A stretch of 40,645 bases of DNA from Myxococcota bacterium (lineage in GTDB: Bacteria; Myxococcota_A; UBA9160; PR03). This document shows, piece by piece, positions 1 through 8,898 of this stretch; the stretch's first letter is position 1; every line of letters begins with the position of its first letter. Where the stretch lies: NCBI GenBank assembly GCA_041611735.1, contig JBFIML010000041.1:1-40645 (forward strand). Direction: 5' to 3'. The position numbers and the translations under genes were made by a program. Under the pieces are notes generated by a model, which had not been told where the DNA came from, ran no database searches, and saw only the letters and a program-made list of their open reading frames with translations.

Positions 1-528
1 CGAGGGCGTGGAAACGTAAAGCGCCGCGCTGCGCGGGCCCGCCCGCTCCTCCACCGCGGCCACCGCCTCCGCGGCCGAGGCGACCCGGTCGTAGAAGGGC
101 ACCTCGACGGGCTCCGCCCGCGCCGTGCGCACGATGCCGCGCATCAGCGGCCAGAAGGGGGCGAGCACCAGCACCTCGTCGCCCGGCCCGACCAGCGCCC
201 CCGCCGCCCCGGCCAGGGCCCCGGTGGCGCCAGCCGTGACCAGCAGCGACGTGCGCTCGCAGGGCAGGTGGTTGCATTCGCGCACCTTCTCCAGCAGGGC
301 GTCCACCAGCTCGGGGACTCCGCGCGTCTCGCTGTAACGGTGCAGGCCCGGGTGCTCGGCGGCGCGCAGGTCCTCCGCCCGCGCCCCGTCCGGAGGCTCG
401 AGCCAGGTGTCCCCCACGTGCAAGGGGAAGCTGCGTGGCGTACGGCGCGCGTCGCGCCCGGCGAGTGGCGAGAAGACCGCCTCCCGGATCGCCTCCACGT
501 CGCGGACGGCCGCCGGCGGACGGGGCAA
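1..528 (-). CDS. PLP-dependent aminotransferase, class I/II (partial, runs off the left edge)
   Basis: Not in the ORF track; translated by hand. TTG at 528 behind GGAGGT: MPRPPAAVRDVEAIREAVFSPL...LHVGDTWLEPP...HRYSETRGVPEL...LVTAGATGAL...VGPGDEVLVLAPFWP...ALYVSTPS, the typical fold-type I aminotransferase N-terminal half. Confidence 0.85.
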   Translation of the reverse strand, partial: MPRPPAAVRDVEAIREAVFSPLAGRDARRTPRSFPLHVGDTWLEPPDGARAEDLRAAEHPGLHRYSETRGVPELVDALLEKVRECNHLPCERTSLLVTAGATGALAGAAGALVGPGDEVLVLAPFWPLMRGIVRTARAEPVEVPFYDRVASAAEAVAAVEERAGPRSAALYVSTPS

Positions 529-547
529 CGGGATACCTCCGGCCGAG

Positions 548-553
548 AACGTA
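548..553 (-). promoter_or_regulatory. Putative -10 hexamer (TACGTT) for the aminotransferase
   Basis: TACGTT lies 7 nt before the GGAGGT Shine-Dalgarno; the same hexamer precedes the antiporter at 8885. Confidence 0.35.
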
Positions 554-710
554 GTGGTTTGCCTGGGCGGGCGCCGGATGGCGCATGCTGCAGCCGTCGC
601 GCCCGGCCGTGGAGGAGCCGATGCCCGCGCTGCGCGAGATCGCGGGCGGCCGGGAACGGCGGCATCACGGGGATTCCGGGTCGGCTGCGAGATGGCCCGC
701 AGGTGGATGC

Positions 711-1460
711 TCACCCGCCGAGCACGCCCTGCCACGCGATCCGGATCGCCAGCGCCGTCAGCACGAGCCGCACACCGACGCGGAAGCCCCGCTCGGGCAA
801 GTGGGCCAGCAGCCGGGTGCCCAGGGCAGAGCCTGCCAGTGCGGCAGCGCACAGGGCGAGCAGCGGCACGGCGTAGGCCAGGAACGAGAACCCCCACAGG
901 CCGAACAGCAGCACCTTGACCAGGTGGCCGAGGGTCTGGCACGCGGCCAGGGTGCCGATCACCGCCTGGCGGGAGAGGCGCAGGCCCAGCACGAAGGGCG
1001 CGAGCAGGGGGCCCGTGGCCCCGACCAGCACGTTGGCGAAGCCCACCAGCGCACCCACCAGCACGAAGCGACGGGCCGGGTCGCGGCCGGGCGCCCCGGG
1101 GCCCAGGCGCAGGAGGCCGGGCAGCCAGGTGGCGCCCAGCACGAACACTGCGATGGCGACGCGCAGGGCGCCCGGCGAGATGCTGCCGGCCACCGCCATC
1201 CCCGCGACGCCCCCCGGCGCCAGCAGCCAGGCGAAGCGGCCGACCAAGCGCCAGCGCACGTGCCGTCGCTGCAGATGCGCGCGCGAGAAGTTCGACGCGA
1301 GCTGCACCACGCCGTGCAGCGGCACCGCCACCAGCGGGTCCAGGAAGAGCAGCATCAGGGCCAGCAGCAGCAGGCCGCCTGCCAGGCCCACCACCGCCGA
1401 GAGCGTCGACGTGGCGAGGGCCGCCAGCGCGAGCCCGAGCCACGGCCAGGCGTCCGTCAC
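711..1460 (-). CDS. Sulfite exporter TauE/SafE (TSUP) family membrane protein
   Basis: 249 aa, very hydrophobic, two internal repeats (S-A-V-V-G-L-A-G-G-L-L-L and N-V-L-V-G-A-T-G-P-L-L) typical of TSUP. Confidence 0.8.
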   Translation of the reverse strand: MTDAWPWLGLALAALATSTLSAVVGLAGGLLLLALMLLFLDPLVAVPLHGVVQLASNFSRAHLQRRHVRWRLVGRFAWLLAPGGVAGMAVAGSISPGALRVAIAVFVLGATWLPGLLRLGPGAPGRDPARRFVLVGALVGFANVLVGATGPLLAPFVLGLRLSRQAVIGTLAACQTLGHLVKVLLFGLWGFSFLAYAVPLLALCAAALAGSALGTRLLAHLPERGFRVGVRLVLTALAIRIAWQGVLGG

Positions 1461-1520
1461 GCAGCAGCCACCTTGGGGGACGCAGCGTCCGTCCGCCCCA
1501 GGCGCCGCCCGCGCCCGGCC

Positions 1521-3707
1521 TCAGGCGCTCGTCTCCGGGCGGCGCGCCAGCCACTCGAGCAGCGCCTGCACCGCCTCCACGTCGGGCAGCCGATGGGTGG
1601 CGGCCGTGACCGTGTCTGCGGGACCCACCCGGAACGTGACCGCCAGGCCCGCCAGCAGGCGGAAAGCGTCCTCGTCGGTCTGGTCGTCTCCCACGTAGAC
1701 GACCCGCATCTGCTCCGACCAGGCCGGACCGTAGCGGTGACGTAGCACGTGCAGTACAGCGCGCCCCTTGTCCCACCCGATGGGCGGCCGTCCCTCCACG
1801 GCGCAGTGGGCGCCCCGCGCCTGATAGCCGAACTTCGTGATGATGTCGCTGGCCTGTCCCACCAGCTCCGCACGCTGCTCCTCGGGGACGGAGCGGTAGT
1901 GGAAGGTGAGGGTGGGGCCCTTGAGCTCCGTCCAGGCGCCGTGCCGGGCCAGGGGCTCGAGCGCCTTCGCCAGCTCCTCCGTCCGCGTCCGGTAGTGCAC
2001 CAGATCCTCGTGACGGAAGTCCGGGAGCCCGGGTCCGGCGATCTCGAGGCCGTGGTTGCCTGCGTAGACCAGGCGCGAGTCGTCCACCAGGCGCTGCACT
2101 TCTTCCAGCTTGCGGCCACTGACGATGATCGCGTCCGTGTCGGACCGGGAGACACAGGCGTCGAGCACGCGGCGGATGGTATCGGCGAGCAACGCATCGC
2201 TCGGATGCTCGACGAGCGGGGTGAGCGTGCCATCGTAGTCCAGGAACAGCGCGAGCCGGTAGCGTCCCAAGAAGGCGGACAGCCAACGCTCGAAGTCGGT
2301 ATCGGTGAGCGGTGCGGGGGGCGCCCCGGCTTGGGCCGCCGCTTCCAGGAACGCATCGACCCAGTGGTAGAGGTCGTCCCGCTGCTCGCGCCGGCGCAGG
2401 ACCGAGAGGCGCCAACGGCGCTCCGCCTCCGTCATGGTGAGCCCCCGATGGATCGCCTCCGCGGTGCCGTCGATGTCGAAGGGGTTCACCAGCAGGGCCT
2501 CGCGCATGGTCTCGGCGGCGCCGGCCAGGCGCGAGAGGATCAGCACGCCGGGGTCGCCCACCTGGGAGGCCACGTACTCCTTGGCAACGAGATTCATTCC
2601 GTCGCGCAGCGGTGTGAGCAACGCCACCTCCGCGTCGCGGTACATGGTGGCGAGCTTGTCCTGATGGAAGGAGCGGTAGAGGTAGTGGATCGGGGACCAC
2701 GTGGCCGTGGCGAAACGGCCGTTCACCCGGCCGACGAGTTCGTCGATTTCCCGTTTGAGGGCCCGGTACTCCGCCACCTGGGAGCGACTCGGGACGGCGA
2801 TCTGGAGCAGGATCACGTTCTCCCGGTGACGGGGGTGCTTCTCGAGCAGGCGCTCGAAGGCGAGGATGCGTTCGGGGATGCCCTTGGTGTAGTCGAGGCG
2901 GTCCACTCCGAGCACGATCCGATACGGAAGAGGCTCCTGCTTCTCTCCCCTGCGCGCGCGCCGCTCGAACTCCGCGAAGTCGATTCCGATCGGCAGCACG
3001 CCGATCCGGACGTTGCGGTCGCCGTACTCGACCGTCCGGGCGTCGCGGTCGACGCGGGCACCGAGGCTCCGCTCGACGCAGTCCAGGAAGTTGCGGGCGT
3101 AGCCGTCCACGTGGAAGCCGACCAGATCGCAGGCCAGCAGACCGTTCAGGAGTTCGCGATCCCAGGGCAGCAGGCGGAAGATGTCGTAGGGCGGGAACGG
3201 GATGTGCAGGAAGAAGGCGATACGCGCCTGGGCGGCAGCCAGGCGCACGAACTTTGGCGTCCGCATCAGGTGGTAGTCCTGGATCCACACGAGCTCCGAC
3301 TCGCCCATCTCGCCGAGCACGGCCTCGGCGAAGCGCTCGTTCACGCGCTCGTAGGCCTCCCAGTCGCGGCGCTCGAAGCGCGCCCGGTCGGGCATCGAGT
3401 GCAGCAGCGGCCACAGGGTGCGGTTCGAGAAGCCGTGGTAGTAGCGGGAGACCTCGGCCTCCGAGAGCAACACCGGCGTCACGCGGTAGGACTTGCCGCT
3501 GGTGGCGATGCGCTCGCCCCGACGCAGGTCGATGCCCGGCCAGCCCACCCAGGTGCCGCCGCGCCTGCGCAGCACCGGCTCGAGGGCCGACACCAGCCCT
3601 CCCGGCGAGGGTCGGCGTTCCAGGCCGCGGGGGCCTCGGGTGACCGTGAAGGGGAGCCGGTTCGCTGCCAGTACGAGCGGACGCTCTGCGTCGGGCGGAC
3701 GGGTCAG
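1521..3707 (-). CDS. otsAB: Bifunctional trehalose-6-phosphate synthase/phosphatase (OtsA-OtsB fusion), probable CTG start
   Basis: GT20 motifs ANRLP, SPGGLVSAL, WIQDYHL, FFLHIPFP, GVDRLDYTKGI, PLRDGMNLVAKEY, followed by a HAD phosphatase (FLDYDGTL...DKG...VYVGDDQTDEDAF). The 5' part of the 1176 aa track ORF is antisense to tetR/MFP. Start placed at an in-frame CTG behind GAGAGGGGGAG (~728 aa). Confidence 0.92.
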   Translation of the reverse strand: MTRPPDAERPLVLAANRLPFTVTRGPRGLERRPSPGGLVSALEPVLRRRGGTWVGWPGIDLRRGERIATSGKSYRVTPVLLSEAEVSRYYHGFSNRTLWPLLHSMPDRARFERRDWEAYERVNERFAEAVLGEMGESELVWIQDYHLMRTPKFVRLAAAQARIAFFLHIPFPPYDIFRLLPWDRELLNGLLACDLVGFHVDGYARNFLDCVERSLGARVDRDARTVEYGDRNVRIGVLPIGIDFAEFERRARRGEKQEPLPYRIVLGVDRLDYTKGIPERILAFERLLEKHPRHRENVILLQIAVPSRSQVAEYRALKREIDELVGRVNGRFATATWSPIHYLYRSFHQDKLATMYRDAEVALLTPLRDGMNLVAKEYVASQVGDPGVLILSRLAGAAETMREALLVNPFDIDGTAEAIHRGLTMTEAERRWRLSVLRRREQRDDLYHWVDAFLEAAAQAGAPPAPLTDTDFERWLSAFLGRYRLALFLDYDGTLTPLVEHPSDALLADTIRRVLDACVSRSDTDAIIVSGRKLEEVQRLVDDSRLVYAGNHGLEIAGPGLPDFRHEDLVHYRTRTEELAKALEPLARHGAWTELKGPTLTFHYRSVPEEQRAELVGQASDIITKFGYQARGAHCAVEGRPPIGWDKGRAVLHVLRHRYGPAWSEQMRVVYVGDDQTDEDAFRLLAGLAVTFRVGPADTVTAATHRLPDVEAVQALLEWLARRPETSA

Positions 3708-3763
3708 GACTCCCCCTCTCGGCCCGAAGGCGCCCCGCAGGGGAGCACCCTTCGGCCCCCCGG

Positions 3764-3772
3764 ACCATAGCA
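3764..3772 (-). promoter_or_regulatory. Extended -10 promoter (TG-C-TATGGT) for otsAB
   Basis: Minus-strand CTGCTATGGT about 57 nt upstream of the proposed CTG; the predicted start site coincides with the 5' end of a hairpin (3721-3757). Confidence 0.45.
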
Positions 3773-3779
3773 GCCCGGC

Positions 3780-3809
3780 TTGACCGGCCCGGCGGATGCG
3801 GACTAGCGT
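3780..3809 (+). promoter_or_regulatory. Sigma70-like promoter for the tetR-RND operon
   Basis: TTGACC (3780-3785) - 18 nt - TAGCGT (3804-3809), overlapping the palindromic operator. Confidence 0.5.
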
Positions 3810-3825
3810 ACCGACTGGTCGGTAC
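3808..3825. promoter_or_regulatory. TetR-type operator (perfect inverted repeat)
   Basis: GTACCGAC-TG-GTCGGTAC, 8 bp arms, 26 nt upstream of the tetR start. Confidence 0.75.
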
Positions 3826-3851
3826 CCGCGCGCCTGCGGAGATCTCGCCGC

Positions 3852-4511
3852 GTGAGCGGCTCCATCGAACTTGCTTCCGACGCCAACAAGCGCCAGCGGA
3901 TCCTGCGCGCGTCCCGCGCCGTGTTCGCACGCCGGGGCTTCGATGCCGCCCGCATGCAGGAGGTTGCCGGCGAGGCGCACGTCTCCAAGGGGACGCTGTA
4001 CCGGTTCTTCCGCAGCAAGGAGGATCTCCTGCTCGCCACGGTGCTCGATTCCTTCCACGAGGCCGCCGGCGCGATCGATGCCCGGGAAGGCGTCGATGCG
4101 AGCGTTCGCGCCCGCCTGGCGGCGCGGTTGGAGGCCCTGGCGGCCGCCTTGCCCGCGCTGTCGGCCCACATGAGCGTGAACTTCCAGGCCTGGGGCGTCG
4201 CGGCCCGCGACCCCGAGGCCCGCGCCCGTCTGTTCAGCGCGCTGCGTGCGGTGCACGGGCAGCGCCTCGCCGAGCTGCTGGAGATCCTGGAGGGCGCCAG
4301 ACGGGAAGGGCTGCTGCGGGTCGGGGTGGACCCCTCGATCGTCGCCATGGTGCTGCTCGCCGTGTTCGACGGGCTCCTGTACCGCTCGATCTTCGACCCC
4401 AAGCACGCCGACGGCGACGCCCTGCGTGCGGCCTTCACCGTGCTGGTGGATGCCTGGTGGACGCGCGAGCCCCGTGCCCCGGACGTCCGGGAGGTCGCCA
4501 CCAGTGGCTGA
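3852..4511 (+). CDS. TetR/AcrR family transcriptional regulator
   Basis: N-terminal HTH: KRQRILRASRAVFARRGFDAARMQEVAGEAHVSKGTLYRFFRSKEDLL. Confidence 0.92.
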   Translation: MSGSIELASDANKRQRILRASRAVFARRGFDAARMQEVAGEAHVSKGTLYRFFRSKEDLLLATVLDSFHEAAGAIDAREGVDASVRARLAARLEALAAALPALSAHMSVNFQAWGVAARDPEARARLFSALRAVHGQRLAELLEILEGARREGLLRVGVDPSIVAMVLLAVFDGLLYRSIFDPKHADGDALRAAFTVLVDAWWTREPRAPDVREVATSG

Positions 4512-5655
4512 GCCCACGCGCCGCATCCGCCTGCGGATCGCCTTCCTGCTGGCCGCCGCCGTCCTGGCCGGAAGCGGCCTCGCCCTGCTGTGCACGGCTC
4601 CGGACCCCCGGCCCGTCAGCGCCGCCGGCGAGGCGGCCAGCGCCGTGGAGGTGATCGCCCACCGCGTCCGGACGCGCGAGATCCGGCCTCGCACGGAGGT
4701 CGCGGGCGTGCTCGAGCCGCGACGCAGCGTCGATCTCTTCGCGGAGACCAACGGGCGCATCCTCGAGATGGGTGCGGAAGCGCTCGACGGTGTGGAGGCG
4801 GAGCAGCTGCTGGTGCGGGTGGATCCGCGCCTTGCCCAGGTGGCCCTGCGTCGGGCGCGCGCCGCCGTGGCGCGGGCCGAGAGCGAGCTCGCCCTGGCGC
4901 GCCTGGATCTCAAGCGCAGACGCTCTCTGGCCGAGCGCAAGGCCACCAGCGTCGCCGCGCTCGACCAGGCCGAGACCGCCGAGCGCGTGGCCGAGGCCAC
5001 CCTGCGCGATGCGCGCGCGGCCCTGGAAGAGGCCCACGACCGCGTGGCCAAGAAGACCGTGTCCGCTCCCTTCGCCGGCGTGCTGCGCGCATTCCCCGTC
5101 CAGGTGGGAGAGTACGTTCACGAGGGCCAACGCATCGCCGAGCTCCTGGATCTCGAAGCGGTGCGCATCGAGGTGGGACTCTCGGACCGCCAGATCGTGG
5201 CGGTCCGGCCGGGCGCTCCGGCGGAGGTGCAGGTGGAGGCTCGACCCGGCGAGCGCTTCGCCGGCACGGTGCTGCGCGTGGGCTCCGCCACCGACCCGGC
5301 CAGCCGCAAGTTCCCCGTCCAGGTGGAGGTCCCCAACCCGGAGCGACGCCTGCTGCCGGGCATGGTTGCGCGCGTGTCGCTCGAGATGGGCGAGCCGCAA
5401 CGGCTCCTCACCATCCCGCGGGACGCCAGCCGCGAGCAGTACGGTCTGCGCTTCGTCTACGTGGTGGAGCCGGACGGGGATTCGGGCCGACAGGTGGCGC
5501 GGCGACGCCGGGTCGAGGTGCGTGCGCTGCCCTTCCAGCCCGCCGAGTTCGCGGTGCTCTCGGGGCTCGAGGAGGGCGAGGAGATCGTCCTGACCGGCCT
5601 CCTGCAGCTCCACGACGGAAGCCCCGTCCGCGTGATGCGAAGCGACGCCTCGTGA
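4504..5655 (+). CDS. RND efflux periplasmic adaptor (membrane fusion protein)
   Basis: GTG at 4504 overlapping the tetR stop, with GGAGGT upstream; N-terminal membrane anchor, lipoyl-like halves around an alpha-hairpin (...VSAPFAGV...VGEYV), LLPGMVARV and SGLEEGEEIV motifs. Confidence 0.9.
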   Translation: MAEPTRRIRLRIAFLLAAAVLAGSGLALLCTAPDPRPVSAAGEAASAVEVIAHRVRTREIRPRTEVAGVLEPRRSVDLFAETNGRILEMGAEALDGVEAEQLLVRVDPRLAQVALRRARAAVARAESELALARLDLKRRRSLAERKATSVAALDQAETAERVAEATLRDARAALEEAHDRVAKKTVSAPFAGVLRAFPVQVGEYVHEGQRIAELLDLEAVRIEVGLSDRQIVAVRPGAPAEVQVEARPGERFAGTVLRVGSATDPASRKFPVQVEVPNPERRLLPGMVARVSLEMGEPQRLLTIPRDASREQYGLRFVYVVEPDGDSGRQVARRRRVEVRALPFQPAEFAVLSGLEEGEEIVLTGLLQLHDGSPVRVMRSDAS

Positions 5656-8600
5656 GCCTGCCGCGCTTCTCGGTGCGCCAGGTGGTGCTCGTCAACCTGG
5701 CGTTCGTGTTCCTGATCCTGGCCGGCCTCGTGATCACGCCCCGGATCCCGGTGGACGTCTACCCCGACATCTCCTTCCACCGGGCCCAGGTCTTCACGGT
5801 CTGGTCCGGCGCCTCCCCCGAGGAGGTGGAGCGGCTCGTCACCACCCGCCTCGAGGAGGAGATCTACGGCATCCAGGGCATCAAGGAGATGTTCAGCTTC
5901 TCCAGCCAAAGCATCTCCCAGATCGACGTGGAGTGGGACGAGACGCTGAGCGAGCTCGAGTACGAGGCCGCCCTGAACGATCTGCGTGCCGCCCTGGATC
6001 GCGTCGACGACCTGCCCGAAGACGCCGAGACGCCCCGGCTCGCCGAGCTCTCGGTCTCCGAGGTCTACAACGTCGTGATCCTCGCCCTCACCGACGTGGG
6101 GGGAGTCGGCGAGTTCACCCTGCGCGAGCTGGCCCGGGACCTGAAGGACCGACTCGAGCAGATTCCCGGTCTGCGCAAGGCGGAGCTGCGCGGGGTGCGC
6201 GAGCGCGAGCTGCGCGTCGTGGTGGAGCACGACCGGGCCCATCAGTACGACGTGACGCTGCCCGAGATCGCGGCGGTCATCGCCCGCAACAACCAGAACT
6301 TCGCCAGCGGCTCCTTCACCGATCCGGCCCACCAGGAGATCACGGTCCGCGGCCTCGGCCACTTCGTTTCGGCCGCGCACCTGGCCCGGACCGTCGTGCG
6401 CAAGAGTCCGGACGGGCGCCATGTCCGGCTCGGTGACCTCGCCGACGTGGAGGAAGGCTTCGAGAAGCGGCGCTTCTTCTCGCGCTACAACGGTCTCCCT
6501 GCCATCACCCTGGGCATCTCCAAGGAACCCGATACGGACGTGATCGAGCTGGTGCAGCGGGTTCGCTCGTTCCTGGCCGGCTGGGAGCCCATCCTTCCCG
6601 CGGGGGTCGAGGCGTCCGTCACCTGGGACACCTCCGAGTACGTGCGTGCCCGGCTCGCGATCATGCAATCCAACCTGCTGCTCGGGATTGCCCTGGTGGT
6701 CCTGGTGCTCTGGGCGACGGTGGGGTTTCGCAACGCCCTGCTCGCCATCGTGGGGGTTCCGTTCTCCTTCCTCACCGCGCTCCTGCTGTTCCCGATCTTC
6801 GACATCACGATCAACTCGCTCTCGCTGGTCGGCTTCGTGATGGTGTCCGGCATGCTCGTGGACGACGCCATCATCATCCTGGAGAACATCTATCGTCACG
6901 TGGAGAGCGAAGCGACGCTTCTCGATGCAGTGATCCGGGGCACCGAGGAGGTGATGTGGCCGGTGGTGGCCGCAATCGCCACCACCATCGCGGCCTTCAT
7001 CCCGATGCTGACCGTCTCCGGCACCAGCGGCGAGTTCATGTCGATCCTGCCCAAGACGGTGATCGTTTGCCTGATCGGCTCGCTCTTCGAGGCCCTGGTG
7101 ATCTTGCCGGCTCACTACGTGGACTGGGGCAGCCGGCGCACCGCGGCCGCCTCCCTGGCGGCCACGCCGGGCGGGCTCGTCGGCCGGGCGGCCCGCATCC
7201 GCAGCGCGGTGGAGGCCTGGATCGGCCGTCTCCGCGACGGCTACCTGCGTGCACAGGACGCCGTGTTGGGGCATCGGACCGCCTTCCTGCTGCTCTCCGC
7301 CGCGACGCTGTTGTTCGCCTTCGGCCTCTTCTCGCGCGTGCCCGTGAATCTCTTCCCCAGCGACTTCAACAACCTGGTGGTGAGTGTCGAGGCCCCGACG
7401 GACTACGGGATCGACCAGACCGACGCGGTGGTGGCCGGCGTGGAAGGCGCCCTCACCGATCTCGACCACGAGCTCACCGACGTCTCCAGCACCGTGGGTC
7501 TCGGCCTGAACGCGGACCAGATCCCGATCCTCGGCGTGAACCGCGGCGTGCTGTTCCTCTCCTTTCCGAACACCCGCCGCAACATCGCGGACCCCGATCG
7601 CGTGCTGACCCTGGTTCGGGAACGCCTGACCCGTCATCGACGCGAGCAGCCGGAGGGTCTGGTGAACCTCCTGGTGGCACCGCCACGCAACGGTCCGCCC
7701 ATCGGCAAGCCCGTGGCCATCCGCATCCGGGCCGACGACTACGAGCGTGCCAAACGGGTGGCGGAGGAGATCAAGGTCGAGCTCGGCGGCCTGCCGGGGG
7801 TCTACAACATCGAGGACAACGTTCCCCTCGGTCCCCGCGAGCTGCGCGTGGTGCTGGACGAGCACCGCGCGTCGCTTCACGGCCTCGGCTTCGACGACGT
7901 GGGTTTCGCGCTCACCGCGGCCAACGACGGCCTCGTGCCCTCCACCTTCAAGGATCCGCGCTCCGACGAGGACGTGGACATCCGGGTGCTGCTGCCCGAG
8001 CCGCGCCGACGAAGCATCGCGGATCTGCTGGACGTGGAGATCCGGACGCCGGCGGGATACCGGGTGAAGCTCGGCGACGTGGCGGCGATCGAGCTCACCC
8101 GCGGCTATCAGCGCCTGTACCACTACGACGCGCAACGCGCCGTGGTCGTATACGCCGACGTGGACGGGCAGGCGGCCACCTCCGTGCAGGTGAACGAGCG
8201 CCTGCGCAAGCGATTCGGCGACGCAGAGCAGCGCCATCCGGGCGTCAACCTGGTGTTCGGCGGGGAGTTCCAGGCCACCGACGACGCCTTCGCGGACATG
8301 CGTCGCGCGCTCCTGCTGGCCGTGCTAGCGATCTACGCCATCCTGGCAGCGCAGTTCCGCTCCTACCTGCAGCCGTTCATCGTGATGAGCGTGATCGTGT
8401 TCTCCTTCATCGGGGTGGCCGTAGGCCTGTTCGTGCTGTCCGCGCTGTTCGAGGGCTATGCGCTCTCCATGTACGTGCTGTACGCGATCGTCGGGCTGGC
8501 AGGAATCGTCGTGAACGACTCCCTGGTCCTGATCGACTTCGTGAACCAGGAGCGGAATCGCGGCACACCCGCGGCGGAGGCGGTGCGGCTCGCCAGCGCG

Positions 8601-8855
8601 AAGCGCTTCCGCCCGATCCTGCTCACCACGGTGACGACCGTGAGCGGTCTCGCTCCCATGGCGCTCGGCGCCACGGGCTACTCCGTGGTCTTCGGACCCT
8701 TCGCGGCCGCCATCGTGTTCGGCCTCGGGGTGGCGAGCCTGCTCACGCTCTTCGTGGTGCCGGCCCTGTACCTGGGCCTCGAGGACCTGAAGGGGCGCCT
8801 CGGGGTGCAGAGGGGGTCCCCGGCCGGGTCTTCCCTGGAGTCGCGGGCCTTCTGA
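5652..8855 (+). CDS. RND efflux permease (AcrB/AcrD/AcrF family)
   Basis: GTGA overlap with the MFP; GASPEEVERLVT, GMLVDDAIIILENI, GIVVNDSLVLIDF and RFRPILLTTVTT motifs; ~1067 aa. No outer-membrane factor gene in the window. Confidence 0.93.
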   Translation: MSLPRFSVRQVVLVNLAFVFLILAGLVITPRIPVDVYPDISFHRAQVFTVWSGASPEEVERLVTTRLEEEIYGIQGIKEMFSFSSQSISQIDVEWDETLSELEYEAALNDLRAALDRVDDLPEDAETPRLAELSVSEVYNVVILALTDVGGVGEFTLRELARDLKDRLEQIPGLRKAELRGVRERELRVVVEHDRAHQYDVTLPEIAAVIARNNQNFASGSFTDPAHQEITVRGLGHFVSAAHLARTVVRKSPDGRHVRLGDLADVEEGFEKRRFFSRYNGLPAITLGISKEPDTDVIELVQRVRSFLAGWEPILPAGVEASVTWDTSEYVRARLAIMQSNLLLGIALVVLVLWATVGFRNALLAIVGVPFSFLTALLLFPIFDITINSLSLVGFVMVSGMLVDDAIIILENIYRHVESEATLLDAVIRGTEEVMWPVVAAIATTIAAFIPMLTVSGTSGEFMSILPKTVIVCLIGSLFEALVILPAHYVDWGSRRTAAASLAATPGGLVGRAARIRSAVEAWIGRLRDGYLRAQDAVLGHRTAFLLLSAATLLFAFGLFSRVPVNLFPSDFNNLVVSVEAPTDYGIDQTDAVVAGVEGALTDLDHELTDVSSTVGLGLNADQIPILGVNRGVLFLSFPNTRRNIADPDRVLTLVRERLTRHRREQPEGLVNLLVAPPRNGPPIGKPVAIRIRADDYERAKRVAEEIKVELGGLPGVYNIEDNVPLGPRELRVVLDEHRASLHGLGFDDVGFALTAANDGLVPSTFKDPRSDEDVDIRVLLPEPRRRSIADLLDVEIRTPAGYRVKLGDVAAIELTRGYQRLYHYDAQRAVVVYADVDGQAATSVQVNERLRKRFGDAEQRHPGVNLVFGGEFQATDDAFADMRRALLLAVLAIYAILAAQFRSYLQPFIVMSVIVFSFIGVAVGLFVLSALFEGYALSMYVLYAIVGLAGIVVNDSLVLIDFVNQERNRGTPAAEAVRLASAKRFRPILLTTVTTVSGLAPMALGATGYSVVFGPFAAAIVFGLGVASLLTLFVVPALYLGLEDLKGRLGVQRGSPAGSSLESRAF

Positions 8856-8898
8856 AGCCCGGTCGCGGCGGGCCGGCTGCGTGTTACGTTCCGGCCCC

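Noticed and set aside
585-1745. Plus-strand ORF with a strong GGAGGAG SD before ATG 621
   Set aside because: It runs antisense through the TSUP gene and the end of otsAB, and the product has no recognisable features; most likely a high-GC shadow ORF.
3708-5051. Apparent 450 aa N-terminal extension of OtsAB in the ORF track
   Set aside because: It is antisense to well-supported tetR and MFP genes and crosses the operator/promoter region.
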